A DNA stretch of 64,000 nt from Polyangiaceae bacterium (GTDB lineage Bacteria > Myxococcota_A > Polyangia > Polyangiales > Polyangiaceae): contig CBDCTZ010000016.1 of the NCBI GenBank assembly GCA_965222375.1, positions 3,392,001 through 3,456,000 on the forward strand, given 5' to 3'. A program made the position numbers and the translations under genes. The notes beneath the pieces are model-generated. The model saw only the letters and a program-made list of their open reading frames with translations, was not told the origin of the DNA and did not search any database. Shown here in pieces: positions 36,186 to 46,224 of the stretch (positions are counted from its first letter, which is position 1; the number at the start of each line of letters is the position of its first letter).

Positions 36186-36782
36186 TCAGCGCTCGTCGGG
36201 CAGGTCTGGTAACTCGAGGCGCCCAGAGAAGCGCAGGTCGGATACAAGCCGCGCCAGGCACTTCATGCGCTCGGACTTGTCCATTTGCTCCCGCAGCGCG
36301 CCGAGCTGGCTTGCGAAGCTCGCAAAGTCAGCGTCCGAGAGGAGGCGTTGGAGTTCTTCGCGCAGGCGCTTGGCCAGAGCTGGGGCCTTTCCATCTGTCG
36401 AGATGGCGATGCTCACGGGACCGTGCTCCTGAATCGACACGTGGTGGAATGAGTTGTGGCCCGGCTGATCCACCGCACAAAATGCCCGCCCGAGCTTCCG
36501 AGTCTGGACTCCGAGGCGCTCCTGAAGCTCGGTGTCTCTATCCACGAGCACCGTTAGAAACGCGCTTTCGACCAATTCTTCCGTCACTGGGCTGCGCACC
36601 AATTGCACGCTTCCGCCTGCCTCCAAGGCCCGCATTTCCGCGTCTGGGTGGCTGCAGCAGACCACGACCTCAGCGCCAGCCTGAGCGAGGTTGCGTGCCC
36701 GCATCGCCGCTTCTTGCCCACCGCCGACAACCAGCGCGCGGCGGCCGGCAAGTTGCAGCGCGACCATGAAGCTCTTCCTCAT
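36186..36782 (-). CDS. Precorrin-2 dehydrogenase/sirohydrochlorin ferrochelatase (SirC / CysG N-terminal type)
   Basis: LVVGGG, AVDQP, IAISTDGKAPALAKRLR. Confidence 0.85.
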   Translation of the reverse strand: MRKSFMVALQLAGRRALVVGGGQEAAMRARNLAQAGAEVVVCCSHPDAEMRALEAGGSVQLVRSPVTEELVESAFLTVLVDRDTELQERLGVQTRKLGRAFCAVDQPGHNSFHHVSIQEHGPVSIAISTDGKAPALAKRLREELQRLLSDADFASFASQLGALREQMDKSERMKCLARLVSDLRFSGRLELPDLPDER

Positions 36783-37477
36783 TTCTTCTTCCTAGGGGGT
36801 GGTGGCACTCGCGGGACCACGGGCTTGGTAGTGAACTTCAGCACCCGTTCCGCGTCGCCGATGCGCTGCAAGAACAGCCCCGTGAAGGTGCTGAACAATG
36901 CGTCGCCTGGCGCCGCCGTTCCGGTGCCCGTCGGCCGGCTCACCCAGCGCTTTATCTTCTGCAAGACCTGCGGACTGACCGGGTTTACCAGCACCTTGGC
37001 ATTCAGGTACACGACTGCACCCACGGGGACTTGCGCCCGGGTGCCGACGATCAAGCGTCGCGCCTGGGCACAGCGGCGCAACACGCCGTCCACGGTGATG
37101 GCCGCTGACGATCGCGTGCCACCTGGACGCGTGACTTCGACGAGATACACCTCATCCCAAACGTGCCAGGTGATCTTACAGGTTTGAGCCGTCGTGCTCA
37201 TCGGCTCGCTCCTGCCCCGACGGTAAAGGGTGCCAGTCAGTACAATGGTCGTTGGCAAACCACGACTGAGCTTCTTGCGAATCTTCGCGTCGACGACGTC
37301 TCGAAAGGATACGCTGACGTAGAGGGACGACTTCGCGCTATCCCAACTGAAGCGAGCCGAGCGGGTTGGTGAGTCCTTTGCTTTCGCCTGGGCGAATACC
37401 GACCTCGGCAGCAAGAGCACGACCGCGAAGGCAAGCCAAGCCGCGCGGACCAGGCTCATCCGCGCCGTCGGCGTCAT
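36779..37477 (-). CDS. Secreted protein, DUF4390-like
   Basis: Signal peptide; KLSRGLP, CKITWHVWDEVY; ATGA overlaps on both sides. Confidence 0.6.
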   Translation of the reverse strand: MTPTARMSLVRAAWLAFAVVLLLPRSVFAQAKAKDSPTRSARFSWDSAKSSLYVSVSFRDVVDAKIRKKLSRGLPTTIVLTGTLYRRGRSEPMSTTAQTCKITWHVWDEVYLVEVTRPGGTRSSAAITVDGVLRRCAQARRLIVGTRAQVPVGAVVYLNAKVLVNPVSPQVLQKIKRWVSRPTGTGTAAPGDALFSTFTGLFLQRIGDAERVLKFTTKPVVPRVPPPPRKKK

Positions 37478-39105
37478 GGTCCGCCCTTTCGACGCAGGGG
37501 CACGAAAGACAGGACATTGGAAAACGCGAAGGTGAAACCTCCCGCGCTCGTGTCCATGCGAAAGCCAAGGTTCGCGGTCAGGTCCACCGGCAACAGCTGC
37601 ACCCGTGAGTAACCCCGGGCCGGATCCGAGAGATCTCTCTGATGTGCGACGCCGTACACTCCGGCGCTACCAAAGAAGTCGATGCCGTAGACGGATCGAG
37701 TGCCTCGGTAGAGGGGGATGCGATACTCGCCACCCACCTTGCCGGCGTAGTGCCCATAACGAACCTCGACGATCGCCGTATCCAAGAAGTTGGGTGGCGG
37801 CCTGCGGTCGAAGTTGAGCCCCAGTACGCGCCCAGGCAGAAAGTCGCTGAAGTCGCCTACGTAGTACTGCTCGAAGAAGGGCGCGTCGCCGGCGATGGCA
37901 CCGCCGAAGAGTTCCAAGCGCACCACGTGCTTCCAGGGCAACTGCCACCAGCGCGAAGCGTGCAAGTCGAACTTCTGGTAGCCATAGTCGCTGCCCAGGG
38001 GTGCCAGTGCGCTTTCGGCCGTGAGGGACGCGTACCAGCCCTGGCTGGGCAGGAACGGCGAGTCTCGGGTGTCATGCTGCAGGGTGGCCCGTGCCGTCGA
38101 CAGCACACTGCGGCCGCCCTGGATGTCGAATACGATGGGCTCTCGAGCCAGACCTCGAACGTGAGACGCTGCCCGGGGCAACTTCGTGTCCAGAGACTCT
38201 AGGCGGTAGTGGAGCCAGAGTTGCGTCGCGACTGAGAGATCGCGACCGACACCGAGGTTGCCACCAAAGCGTTTGTAGCGCACTACGGCGTGGTCTGGTA
38301 CGTCCTGCAACTGGGACGGATCGTCGAACAAGACGTCCGCGTTGCCGAAGGAGTCCTTGGCATCGTTGAACAGGAGTTGCCCGCCGACCATCCAGCGACT
38401 GCCGAGGAATGCGGGATCCAGAAAGCGAACACGGAGTGCCAGCTGGTCCTGCGCCAAGCCGACAGCCGTGCCCAGAGTGATTCCGGTGCCCGCAACGTTG
38501 GTTTCTGCGAGGTCTACGCCCGCGTATGCGGTGAGAGGTCGAGAGTTTCCGCGAGTGTCTGCGTCCGCTGAAAGCCCCATCCAAAGGTCGCCGATCACGA
38601 TCGTGTTCCGCTCGACCACCTCGATGAGCAAAACGACTTTGCCTCGGGTCGAGCCCTTCTTGAGGGAGAACTGGACGTCCCGGAAGAAACCAGTGCCCAA
38701 CAAGCGGTAGCGGGTCAGTTCGACTTCGGGGTCGTCGACGCGAATGATGTCCCCGGCTTTGAAGGGCACGTAGCGAAGGACCACCCGAGAGCGTGTGCGC
38801 CTGTTGCCGCGCACCTGAATGCCTTCAAGCTCGTAACGCAGCGTCGATTCGCCGAACCGTGTCTTGCGTGTACTCGAAGGCCGCGCGACGGGTGGAGCGA
38901 CATCCTCCGGGTTGGGTAGGGGCACCTCTACAGCTTCGGGCACGGCGGGCTCCGGACGGGTTCCGCCGCCCCAGGTATCTGGTGCGACGTCCTTGGGCGC
39001 TGTTTGGGGCTCGGGTGCCGGAGCGGGAGGGCCCGGCTCTGGTTGCGCGAACGCGCGGGGAGCAGCAAACAGCACCACGGCGGCTGCGCACGCAAGCGGC
39101 CGCAT
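37474..39105 (-). CDS. Omp85 (BamA/TamA-family) outer-membrane protein with one POTRA domain
   Basis: IQVRGNRRTR...RLLGTGFF..V...VVER, ETN..GTG, DTRDS.F.P..G; start placed at ATG 39105. Confidence 0.8.
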   Translation of the reverse strand: MRPLACAAAVVLFAAPRAFAQPEPGPPAPAPEPQTAPKDVAPDTWGGGTRPEPAVPEAVEVPLPNPEDVAPPVARPSSTRKTRFGESTLRYELEGIQVRGNRRTRSRVVLRYVPFKAGDIIRVDDPEVELTRYRLLGTGFFRDVQFSLKKGSTRGKVVLLIEVVERNTIVIGDLWMGLSADADTRGNSRPLTAYAGVDLAETNVAGTGITLGTAVGLAQDQLALRVRFLDPAFLGSRWMVGGQLLFNDAKDSFGNADVLFDDPSQLQDVPDHAVVRYKRFGGNLGVGRDLSVATQLWLHYRLESLDTKLPRAASHVRGLAREPIVFDIQGGRSVLSTARATLQHDTRDSPFLPSQGWYASLTAESALAPLGSDYGYQKFDLHASRWWQLPWKHVVRLELFGGAIAGDAPFFEQYYVGDFSDFLPGRVLGLNFDRRPPPNFLDTAIVEVRYGHYAGKVGGEYRIPLYRGTRSVYGIDFFGSAGVYGVAHQRDLSDPARGYSRVQLLPVDLTANLGFRMDTSAGGFTFAFSNVLSFVPLRRKGGP

Positions 39106-39463
39106 GGGAGGTAAGACGAGCCAGCTGCGGAGGTGATTCATCAAAGAAAATGTCCTCCCCGCTGCTGCCATATTAGCCCGAAAAAGGCAGGTTACGCGCG
39201 AGAGCGTTCCAGAGCTCATTCGGCGTGGTTTCGACCTCGTACGTTGCTGCTGTGAGCTGTCTGGACGATGTCATGATCGGGTCGCCGTGCTCCAATTTGC
39301 GTGGCGTTACCTCTGCCGCTGGCGCAGGACCACGAGCTAGGGCGTGTCCAAAACCGCTGGAAGCTACAGTGATGAATGCCGCCCGAAATCCCACCGCAAT
39401 CCGCCCTTTCGTCCAGTTCCGTCTTAGCACGAGAAATTGCCGAAACGTGCGCTACCATCCCAG

Positions 39464-40480
39464 GTGGTGGACAGAGAGCTGATCGGAGGTCGGTACCGGG
39501 TGCTGCGCATGATGGGCGAAGGCGCAGCGGCCAAAGTGTATGCTGCAGAAAGCCAGCTATTTGGTCGCGTTGCGCTCAAAGTGCTCCACGAACCCTTGGC
39601 GCGTGACGAATCCGTGGTGCAGCGCTTCGTGCACGAAGCGCGCGCAGCAAGCGCGATTCAACACCCCAACGTGGTGCGCGTGTTCGACCTTGGGAAGCAT
39701 GGTGACGTGCCCTTCATGGTCATGGAGCTTTGCGAAGGTGAGACCCTGCGAGAGGTGATTGACGCCAGAGGTGCAGTTGGGCCGCAATACGCTTGCGAGC
39801 TTGGCGCCCAGGTCCTGAGTGCCCTCGAGGCGGCTCATGCTGCGCAGATTGTGCATCGTGACCTGAAGCCGGCCAATGTGATGGTCGTGCATCCCGAACC
39901 CGACCGTCCGGTGATCAAAGTGTTGGATTTCGGGATCGCCAAGCGCCTACTGTTCGGTGACGCTCATGACGACGCTAAAGTGTTTGGGACGCCCAGCTAC
40001 ATGGCGCCGGAGCAAATCCGTTTGCGTCCAGTGGACCACCGCGTGGACATCTACGCGGTGGGCGCTCTGCTGTACGAGCTAATGACCGGCAAGCCGCCGT
40101 TCCGCGGTGCGACCCCTGCCGAGGTCATGACCCAAGTCGTATCTCGGCCACCCATGCCCATGCGGGCTTCAGATCGCGCGCTGCCCAAAGATCTGGACGA
40201 GTTGGTCCGGCGCTGCCTTGCCAAGAGCCCAGGGCGGCGGCCCGGTTCCGCGCGGGAGTTGAGCGAGGCCCTGCAGGCGCACGGTGGTGGACCTATCTCG
40301 GTGCCGCCAGCAGATCGCGCCAGCCACGAGCCCGTACCCCTACTGGTTCGCGGCCGGCCCCCAGAAACCGAAGCCATTCCTTTGCGGCCACGGACGAAGA
40401 AGGCCGGCCGCGCGAGTTCTCCGGCACCGCCACGGCTGGAGCTCGTGGCTGACGGAGAAGACACAGCCGACCCAGACTGA
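39464..40480 (+). CDS. Cytoplasmic Ser/Thr protein kinase
   Basis: GEGAAA, VALK, HRDLKPAN, DFG, GTPSYMAPE. Confidence 0.9.
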   Translation: MVDRELIGGRYRVLRMMGEGAAAKVYAAESQLFGRVALKVLHEPLARDESVVQRFVHEARAASAIQHPNVVRVFDLGKHGDVPFMVMELCEGETLREVIDARGAVGPQYACELGAQVLSALEAAHAAQIVHRDLKPANVMVVHPEPDRPVIKVLDFGIAKRLLFGDAHDDAKVFGTPSYMAPEQIRLRPVDHRVDIYAVGALLYELMTGKPPFRGATPAEVMTQVVSRPPMPMRASDRALPKDLDELVRRCLAKSPGRRPGSARELSEALQAHGGGPISVPPADRASHEPVPLLVRGRPPETEAIPLRPRTKKAGRASSPAPPRLELVADGEDTADPD

Positions 40481-40490
40481 ACCATCTCGC

Positions 40491-42026
40491 TCATGGCGCG
40501 CGTTCGTAGGTTGTCGCCAGCTTTCTCAGGCGGACCGCCAGGCGGCGATTCAAGTCCCGCGGAGAGACCCGCCACGCCCAATTGTTCTCCGACGTGCCAG
40601 GCACGTTCATACGAGCCCGACTGCCCAGCCCGAGGCAATCTTGAAGGGGCACGACGGCCACTGCGGCGATGGACGAGTACGCCAGGCGAATCAGCTGCCA
40701 ATGCGGTGGCTCGCGGCTCGCTCCCAGATAGGCATGCAGGCGTCTTCGTTCGTCCAGGCCGGCTCTGCCGCCGCGCCCTAGGCTGCGATACCAACCCAGC
40801 GAGGTGTCGTTGTCGTGGGTGCCCGTGTAGACGACGGTGTCCCTGGAAAAGCGATGGGGCAGGTATTCGCTGCCTTCGGGATCCCCAAAGGCGAATTGGA
40901 GTACACGCATTCCTGGCAGCCCGAGAGACTCGCGAAGCGCAACGACCTGAGGCGTCACGATGCCCAGGTCCTCAGCCAAGAAGGGCAAGTCGCCGAGCGC
41001 TTTTCGAACCCGCGCGAACAACGCTTCTCCCGGCACAGGGACGAACCGGCCCCCTCGCGCATCTTTCGCCGCAGCCGGTATCTCCCAGCAGCGCGAGAAC
41101 CCGATGAAGTGATCTAGGCGGACGACGTCGAACAGTTCCAAACAGCGTTGAAATCGAGCGACCCACCACGCGAACTTGGCTGCTTGCATCGCCTTCCAGT
41201 CGTACACGGGGTTGCCCCATAGCTGCCCGGTCGCGCTGAACAGATCCGGAGGAACGCCGGCCACGACGCGGCGACTGCCGTCGGCGTTCAGGCGGAATAG
41301 GGATTGGTTTGCCCAGACGTCAGCACCGTCATGGGCGACGAACATCGGTACATCACCCAGCAACGCAATTCCCTTTTCGCGGCAGTATTTGGCTAGGGCT
41401 TGCCACTGAGAATCGAACACGAACTGCACCCATTCGTGGAACGCAATCTCGGACCGGAGTTCTTGCTGAGCCGCTGCGACGGGCTCGGGTTGGCGGCTTC
41501 TCAGACCCCGGCGCCACTGCATCCAGTGCTTTCCGGGATTGCCTGCATGCAGCGCAGAGAAGAGGCAGTGGTCCGGAAGCCAGGCCGACTGGGTTTGCCG
41601 AAAATGCTGCAGGCCCTTCGGTGGTCGGTGGCGCAAAAAGCGGGCGTGGGCGCGTCGGAGTCTCTCTTCCCTGAATTGCTGGCTCTCGAGCAGCTGGGCA
41701 CGTCCAGTCCTGAAGCTCTTTGGAGGAGCGGTCTCTCGCTTCGTCAGCAGGCCGTCGCGCTCCAGTTGCACCAGGCTGATCAGCCACGGACTGCCAGCGA
41801 AGGTGCTCGACGTGTCGTAGGGGGATGCTCCCCAACCCGGCGGGCTCACCGGCAGCGTTTGCCAAACGCTTTGACCCGACGCTGCCAGGAAGTCTGCGAA
41901 GACGAACGCTGCAGGTCCGAGATCTCCGTGGCCGTGGGGGCCAGGGAGGGAAGTCAGATGCGCTAGGACGCCCGCTCGGCGCTGGCGGGTCAGATCGAAG
42001 CCAGGACGCTCAGCTCGGCTCTTCAC
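40491..42026 (-). CDS. malQ: 4-alpha-glucanotransferase (GH77)
   Basis: H.TSLP, WQTLP, AGVPPD.FS.TGQLWGNP, RLDHF, AEDLG, YTGTHDN. Confidence 0.93.
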   Translation of the reverse strand: MKSRAERPGFDLTRQRRAGVLAHLTSLPGPHGHGDLGPAAFVFADFLAASGQSVWQTLPVSPPGWGASPYDTSSTFAGSPWLISLVQLERDGLLTKRETAPPKSFRTGRAQLLESQQFREERLRRAHARFLRHRPPKGLQHFRQTQSAWLPDHCLFSALHAGNPGKHWMQWRRGLRSRQPEPVAAAQQELRSEIAFHEWVQFVFDSQWQALAKYCREKGIALLGDVPMFVAHDGADVWANQSLFRLNADGSRRVVAGVPPDLFSATGQLWGNPVYDWKAMQAAKFAWWVARFQRCLELFDVVRLDHFIGFSRCWEIPAAAKDARGGRFVPVPGEALFARVRKALGDLPFLAEDLGIVTPQVVALRESLGLPGMRVLQFAFGDPEGSEYLPHRFSRDTVVYTGTHDNDTSLGWYRSLGRGGRAGLDERRRLHAYLGASREPPHWQLIRLAYSSIAAVAVVPLQDCLGLGSRARMNVPGTSENNWAWRVSPRDLNRRLAVRLRKLATTYERAP

Positions 42027-42942
42027 GCTTAACCGGACGTAGCAAGGAAGCGACGATGGCTAGGGTCAGCACAGCCGCGATAATCCCCAAACTGGCCAGA
42101 TTGGGCACTTTGTAGACTTCCGCCGCCAACATCTTCACGCCAATGAAAACGAGGATGATCGCGAGGCCGACGTCCAAGTAGTGGAACCGGCTCATCATCC
42201 CGCTGAGCATGAAATAGAGCGCCCGCAGACCCAGAATCGCAAAGATGTTCGAAGTGTAGACGATGTACAGGTCGTCGGAGATCGCGAGTACCGCGGGAAC
42301 GCTGTCCACGGCGAAGACGACGTCCGTGAACTCGACGACGATCAGCACCAGAAACAACGGGGTCGCGTAGCGCACGCCGTCTTTGATCACGAAGAACTTG
42401 TTGTCGACCATCTCCTTGGTTGTGCGTAGGTACTTCCGTGCGAGGCGGAGGGCGATGTTGTTCTCCGGGTCGACCGAGTCGTCCTTCTTCAGTGCGAGCT
42501 TTGCGCCCGTGAATACCAAGAATGCGCCAAAAATATACATCGTGAAGTGGAAGCGATGCAGTAAGGCGGTGCCGGCCAGAATGAACACCGCGCGCATGAC
42601 CACCGCACCGAACACGCCCCAAAACAACACGCCGTGCTGATGTTGTTCTTTCACTTTGAAGTAGGTGAAGATCACCAAGAAGACGAACAGATTGTCGACG
42701 GAGAGAGATTTCTCCACCAGATACGCGACGAGGTAGCTGACGGACTTTTCCGTCCCGAGACGTTGCTGGATCCAGATGGCGAAGAGGAGGGCGACCGCTA
42801 TCCAGATCACACTGCGGATAGAGGCCTCCCGGAAAGAGACGCGGTGTGCGCTGCGGCCGAATATCAGCGTATCGGCCAGCATGGTCACTAGGACTATCCC
42901 GGCAAATACCCCCCAATCGAGCATGGCCGCGCTGCCGAGCAT
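42010..42942 (-). CDS. terC: TerC/Alx-family metal homeostasis membrane protein
   Basis: EKSLSVDNLFVF, E.TD.VFAVDSVPA, SNIFAILGLR; alternative start ATG 42924. Confidence 0.88.
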   Translation of the reverse strand: MLGSAAMLDWGVFAGIVLVTMLADTLIFGRSAHRVSFREASIRSVIWIAVALLFAIWIQQRLGTEKSVSYLVAYLVEKSLSVDNLFVFLVIFTYFKVKEQHQHGVLFWGVFGAVVMRAVFILAGTALLHRFHFTMYIFGAFLVFTGAKLALKKDDSVDPENNIALRLARKYLRTTKEMVDNKFFVIKDGVRYATPLFLVLIVVEFTDVVFAVDSVPAVLAISDDLYIVYTSNIFAILGLRALYFMLSGMMSRFHYLDVGLAIILVFIGVKMLAAEVYKVPNLASLGIIAAVLTLAIVASLLRPVKREEPS

Positions 42943-43055
42943 CGCCGGGGTGCTATCACGCGGCCATCGCCCCGGCTAGCCGAACGCGGGGCCGGACGCC
43001 AATTCGGCGTTCTCCATTGCGCGGCCCGGGGCGCTTGCCATACACCCAGGCGGTA

Positions 43056-46000
43056 GTGGTACCCGCTCGATCGCACCTGCTCTCCGTCTGCCTGCTGCTG
43101 CTGGGCCTCAGCCTGACGTTGCGCTCAGCCCTCGCCGCGCCCCCGGGGGATGCCGGGGTCAGCAGAGATGCTTCGACTCCAAACACCGACGCCGAGGTGC
43201 AGGAGGTCCTGCGGCGCGCGAAGCAGGTGCAGCAGTTGATCGCGGAGACCTTGGACCCAACGGTCGAGCCGGCGTCTCTGTTCAGCGTCGTGCTGACCGA
43301 TGAGCGGGCTGTTGCCGTCGAGGCCCAACGACTGCGTGCACTGCTAGCGCGGGCCAGCACCGCACTCCCGGATGCAGGAGCGCCAGAGTCAGGTGCGCCC
43401 GACGAGAAGAAGGCTGGTGCGGGCGCCAAAGCGGAGCCGGGCAAACCTGGCGTGCCGGACGCTTCCGTGCGCCCGCCGACGCCCGCGTCGGGGCTGAGCG
43501 CCAAAGAGACCAAACTCTGGCGCGCCCGTCTGGAGCTGGATGCCGCCCAGTTGAGGTTTCTGAAACTGCCGAAGCGGGTCCGGGCTGCGAAACTGACTGC
43601 CCATGAAAAGCGTCGAACCGAGGCGAGCAAGCAGGGTACAGGCGTTGACCAAGCTCAGAAGAAGGCAGAGGCGGCTGCAGAGGCCAAGAAGCGAGCTTTG
43701 GAGCAGGCCAAGCGAGCCCGCAGCGAAGCGGCGCGTCTGGTCGCGGAGGAGGAAGCGCGCCTCTTGGGCGTCAAGGAGGACCAGGCTCGCTTCGAAGCCA
43801 CTCTGGCCAAGTCCGAGGCCAAGACTACCAAGCGGGCTGAAGAGGCATTGGCCTGGCGACGCCGAGTGGCGAACCTCGTTTCTGAGCGCAAAGAAGGCAA
43901 GAAGACCCCGGAAGAGGCGGATGCCCTGTATGGCGAGTTGCGCAAGGCCCTTAGAACGGCGCGGGACGAGCTGGCGAGCTCACTTTCCACCCTCGCGAAG
44001 CTAGAGCTGCCGCGAGTCGGTGCAGACCGCCTCGACACAGCGGGTGCCGCGGTGGATCGGAGCAAGGTCGACAAGTTGCGCTCGGAGCTCGCGTCCCAGG
44101 AGTCCAAACTCGAGGCTCGAGAAAAGAAGATGCGCACCGCGAGGGCAAAGGCGCTGCTCGAGCAGGTGGAATCCCTGAATCGGGATCGACTCGCCCTCTA
44201 TCCGCATCTCAGCAGTGCAAAGCGCTCCGCGCTGACTAGCTTCAACGTGCCCGGAATCGATCAGGCTCGTGCAGAGGCACGCCAGGTGACTCTGGTGATG
44301 CGCTACCACGTGCGAGCGTCGTGGAATTGGATCACCAATCTCCGTGATCCGAATCGGGATCGCGCGGGCGAAGTCGTTGCCGGTTTCAGCCTGCTCAAGA
44401 TATTGGTGCTGATCGGAATCTTCTTCTGGTGGCGCCGTCGGGCCCGCTCCATCATCGAAATGTTGCGCGAACGCATGGAGGAGGCACGCCGCGAGTATCG
44501 AGGCGCGCGCTGGCTCACCTACGCGGATCGCGCGGTGAATCTGGTGGACCGGGTCCATAATCCAGTCGCTTGGCTGATCTTCGTGTGGGGAGTTGGCTAC
44601 CTCGCGGGGCCTGGCGTCAGCGACTTGTACGAAGTCGAACTGCTCTGGATCGTTCTGAGCTGGACCCTCGGGGGAAACATCGTCGTGCACGTGATCGATG
44701 TAGGTTTTGGCCACGGGACCAGGATTTCGAGGCAGCGTGGATCGGACGCTTTGCGCTACAAGTCTCTGCGTCTGGTTGGGCGAGTCATCGTTACCGTGGG
44801 TCTGTTCTTGGCGCTCACCAATCACTTGGTTGGGCGTGGGACCATCTACAGTTGGGTCCTCTCTAGCTTCTGGTTCGCTGCTATTCCCATCACACTGGTT
44901 ATCGTTCGCTGGTGGCAACCGGTGGTTTTCGAGCGCCTCAGCCTGCTTCGCAAGAAGAGTGCGTTTGTAGAATGGGTGCTCAATCGAAAGGCAGGCTGGA
45001 CGAGTTTCCCAGCCGCGGCTGCCGGTGGTGCGTACCTCGTGGGTCTGGGCACCGTGCGCACTCTGCGAACCTACGTCAGTACGTTCGAGACGACGCGGAG
45101 AGTGCTTGCCTACTTGTTTCGACGCGAAGCGGCCAAGCAGGCTCGAGAACGCGGCAGCCGCCCCACTAAGCCACTGGCGGCGGCGACCTACGATTCTCTA
45201 GGGCCTCAGGAAGGCACGGATACGCCCGTGCCGGGGGTTGGCGATGCCGAGATTGTGTCAATCAAAGCTGCCATCGACAGTCCCGGTGGCGGCGTGTTTG
45301 CGCTGGTCGGGGAGCGGGGCCGTGGAAAGAGCATGCTGCTCGATCGTATTCTGGGAGAGAAGCCGAGCAGTCTACACATGCACTGCCCGGTGGGCGGCGC
45401 GGGGGCGTTTAGGGAAGAGCTGACTCGGGTCCTCGAGCTTGAGCCCGGCGCCGCTGACGACGCCATCTCCCAGGCGTTGAGTGCTCTGGGGGAGAACAAC
45501 GCGCTGCTGGTCGACGATGCTCACCGCCTGGTGACCCCCACCATTGGCGGATTGGACGACTTCGACCAGATCATCGCATTGGCACGGGAATCGAGCAACA
45601 CGACGACGTGGGTGTTCTGTATCGGGGCCGTGACCTGGCAGTACGTGGAGCGCGCCCGCGGCGCGCGACCGGTTTTCGACGAAGTGATCAAGGTCTCGCG
45701 TTGGAGTGAAGAAAACATCGCCACGATGCTGAAGTTGCGCAGTGCTCGCGCTGACATCAAACCGGTGTTCGATGATCTCGTCGGCGAAGAAGAGGATGAC
45801 GAGGTGCTGCGCCGAGAGCAGTTGGCGCGTACCGAGGCCAGCTACTACCGGTTGTTGTGGGACTACGCTGCGGGCAACCCTGCAGTGGCGGTGCACTTCT
45901 GGCGTGAGTCTCTCGGCGTCGACGATGAAGGCAACGTGCGGGTGCAGCTGTTTCACGCTCCGGACACCACGGATATCGAGCGCCTCCCCGACACGTCCAT

Positions 46001-46220
46001 TTTCGTGTTGCGCGCCGTGATTCAATTGGAGCTTGCGCGGCCCGTGGATATCTTGGCCGCGACCATGTTGCGACCCCGCGAAATCGAGGACGCTCTGCGC
46101 TACACCTTGTTTCGTGGTTACCTGGAAATAGTGGATGAGCGCTACCGTGTGACCTGGACCTGGTTTCGCGCGATCACTCGGGTGCTACAACGACGGCACT
46201 TGATCGCCACTGGGAGCTGA
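43056..46220 (+). CDS. Large membrane protein: signal peptide, coiled coil, multi-TM, P-loop ATPase
   Basis: Long heptad-rich region, about 7 TM segments, Walker A GERGRGKS, Walker B LLVDD, GNP motif; start placed at GTG 43056. Confidence 0.75.
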   Translation: MVPARSHLLSVCLLLLGLSLTLRSALAAPPGDAGVSRDASTPNTDAEVQEVLRRAKQVQQLIAETLDPTVEPASLFSVVLTDERAVAVEAQRLRALLARASTALPDAGAPESGAPDEKKAGAGAKAEPGKPGVPDASVRPPTPASGLSAKETKLWRARLELDAAQLRFLKLPKRVRAAKLTAHEKRRTEASKQGTGVDQAQKKAEAAAEAKKRALEQAKRARSEAARLVAEEEARLLGVKEDQARFEATLAKSEAKTTKRAEEALAWRRRVANLVSERKEGKKTPEEADALYGELRKALRTARDELASSLSTLAKLELPRVGADRLDTAGAAVDRSKVDKLRSELASQESKLEAREKKMRTARAKALLEQVESLNRDRLALYPHLSSAKRSALTSFNVPGIDQARAEARQVTLVMRYHVRASWNWITNLRDPNRDRAGEVVAGFSLLKILVLIGIFFWWRRRARSIIEMLRERMEEARREYRGARWLTYADRAVNLVDRVHNPVAWLIFVWGVGYLAGPGVSDLYEVELLWIVLSWTLGGNIVVHVIDVGFGHGTRISRQRGSDALRYKSLRLVGRVIVTVGLFLALTNHLVGRGTIYSWVLSSFWFAAIPITLVIVRWWQPVVFERLSLLRKKSAFVEWVLNRKAGWTSFPAAAAGGAYLVGLGTVRTLRTYVSTFETTRRVLAYLFRREAAKQARERGSRPTKPLAAATYDSLGPQEGTDTPVPGVGDAEIVSIKAAIDSPGGGVFALVGERGRGKSMLLDRILGEKPSSLHMHCPVGGAGAFREELTRVLELEPGAADDAISQALSALGENNALLVDDAHRLVTPTIGGLDDFDQIIALARESSNTTTWVFCIGAVTWQYVERARGARPVFDEVIKVSRWSEENIATMLKLRSARADIKPVFDDLVGEEEDDEVLRREQLARTEASYYRLLWDYAAGNPAVAVHFWRESLGVDDEGNVRVQLFHAPDTTDIERLPDTSIFVLRAVIQLELARPVDILAATMLRPREIEDALRYTLFRGYLEIVDERYRVTWTWFRAITRVLQRRHLIATGS

Positions 46221-46224
46221 TGAG

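Noticed and set aside
42943..43055. yybP-ykoY (Mn) riboswitch upstream of terC
   Set aside because: The divergent gap is short and no consensus elements were recognised
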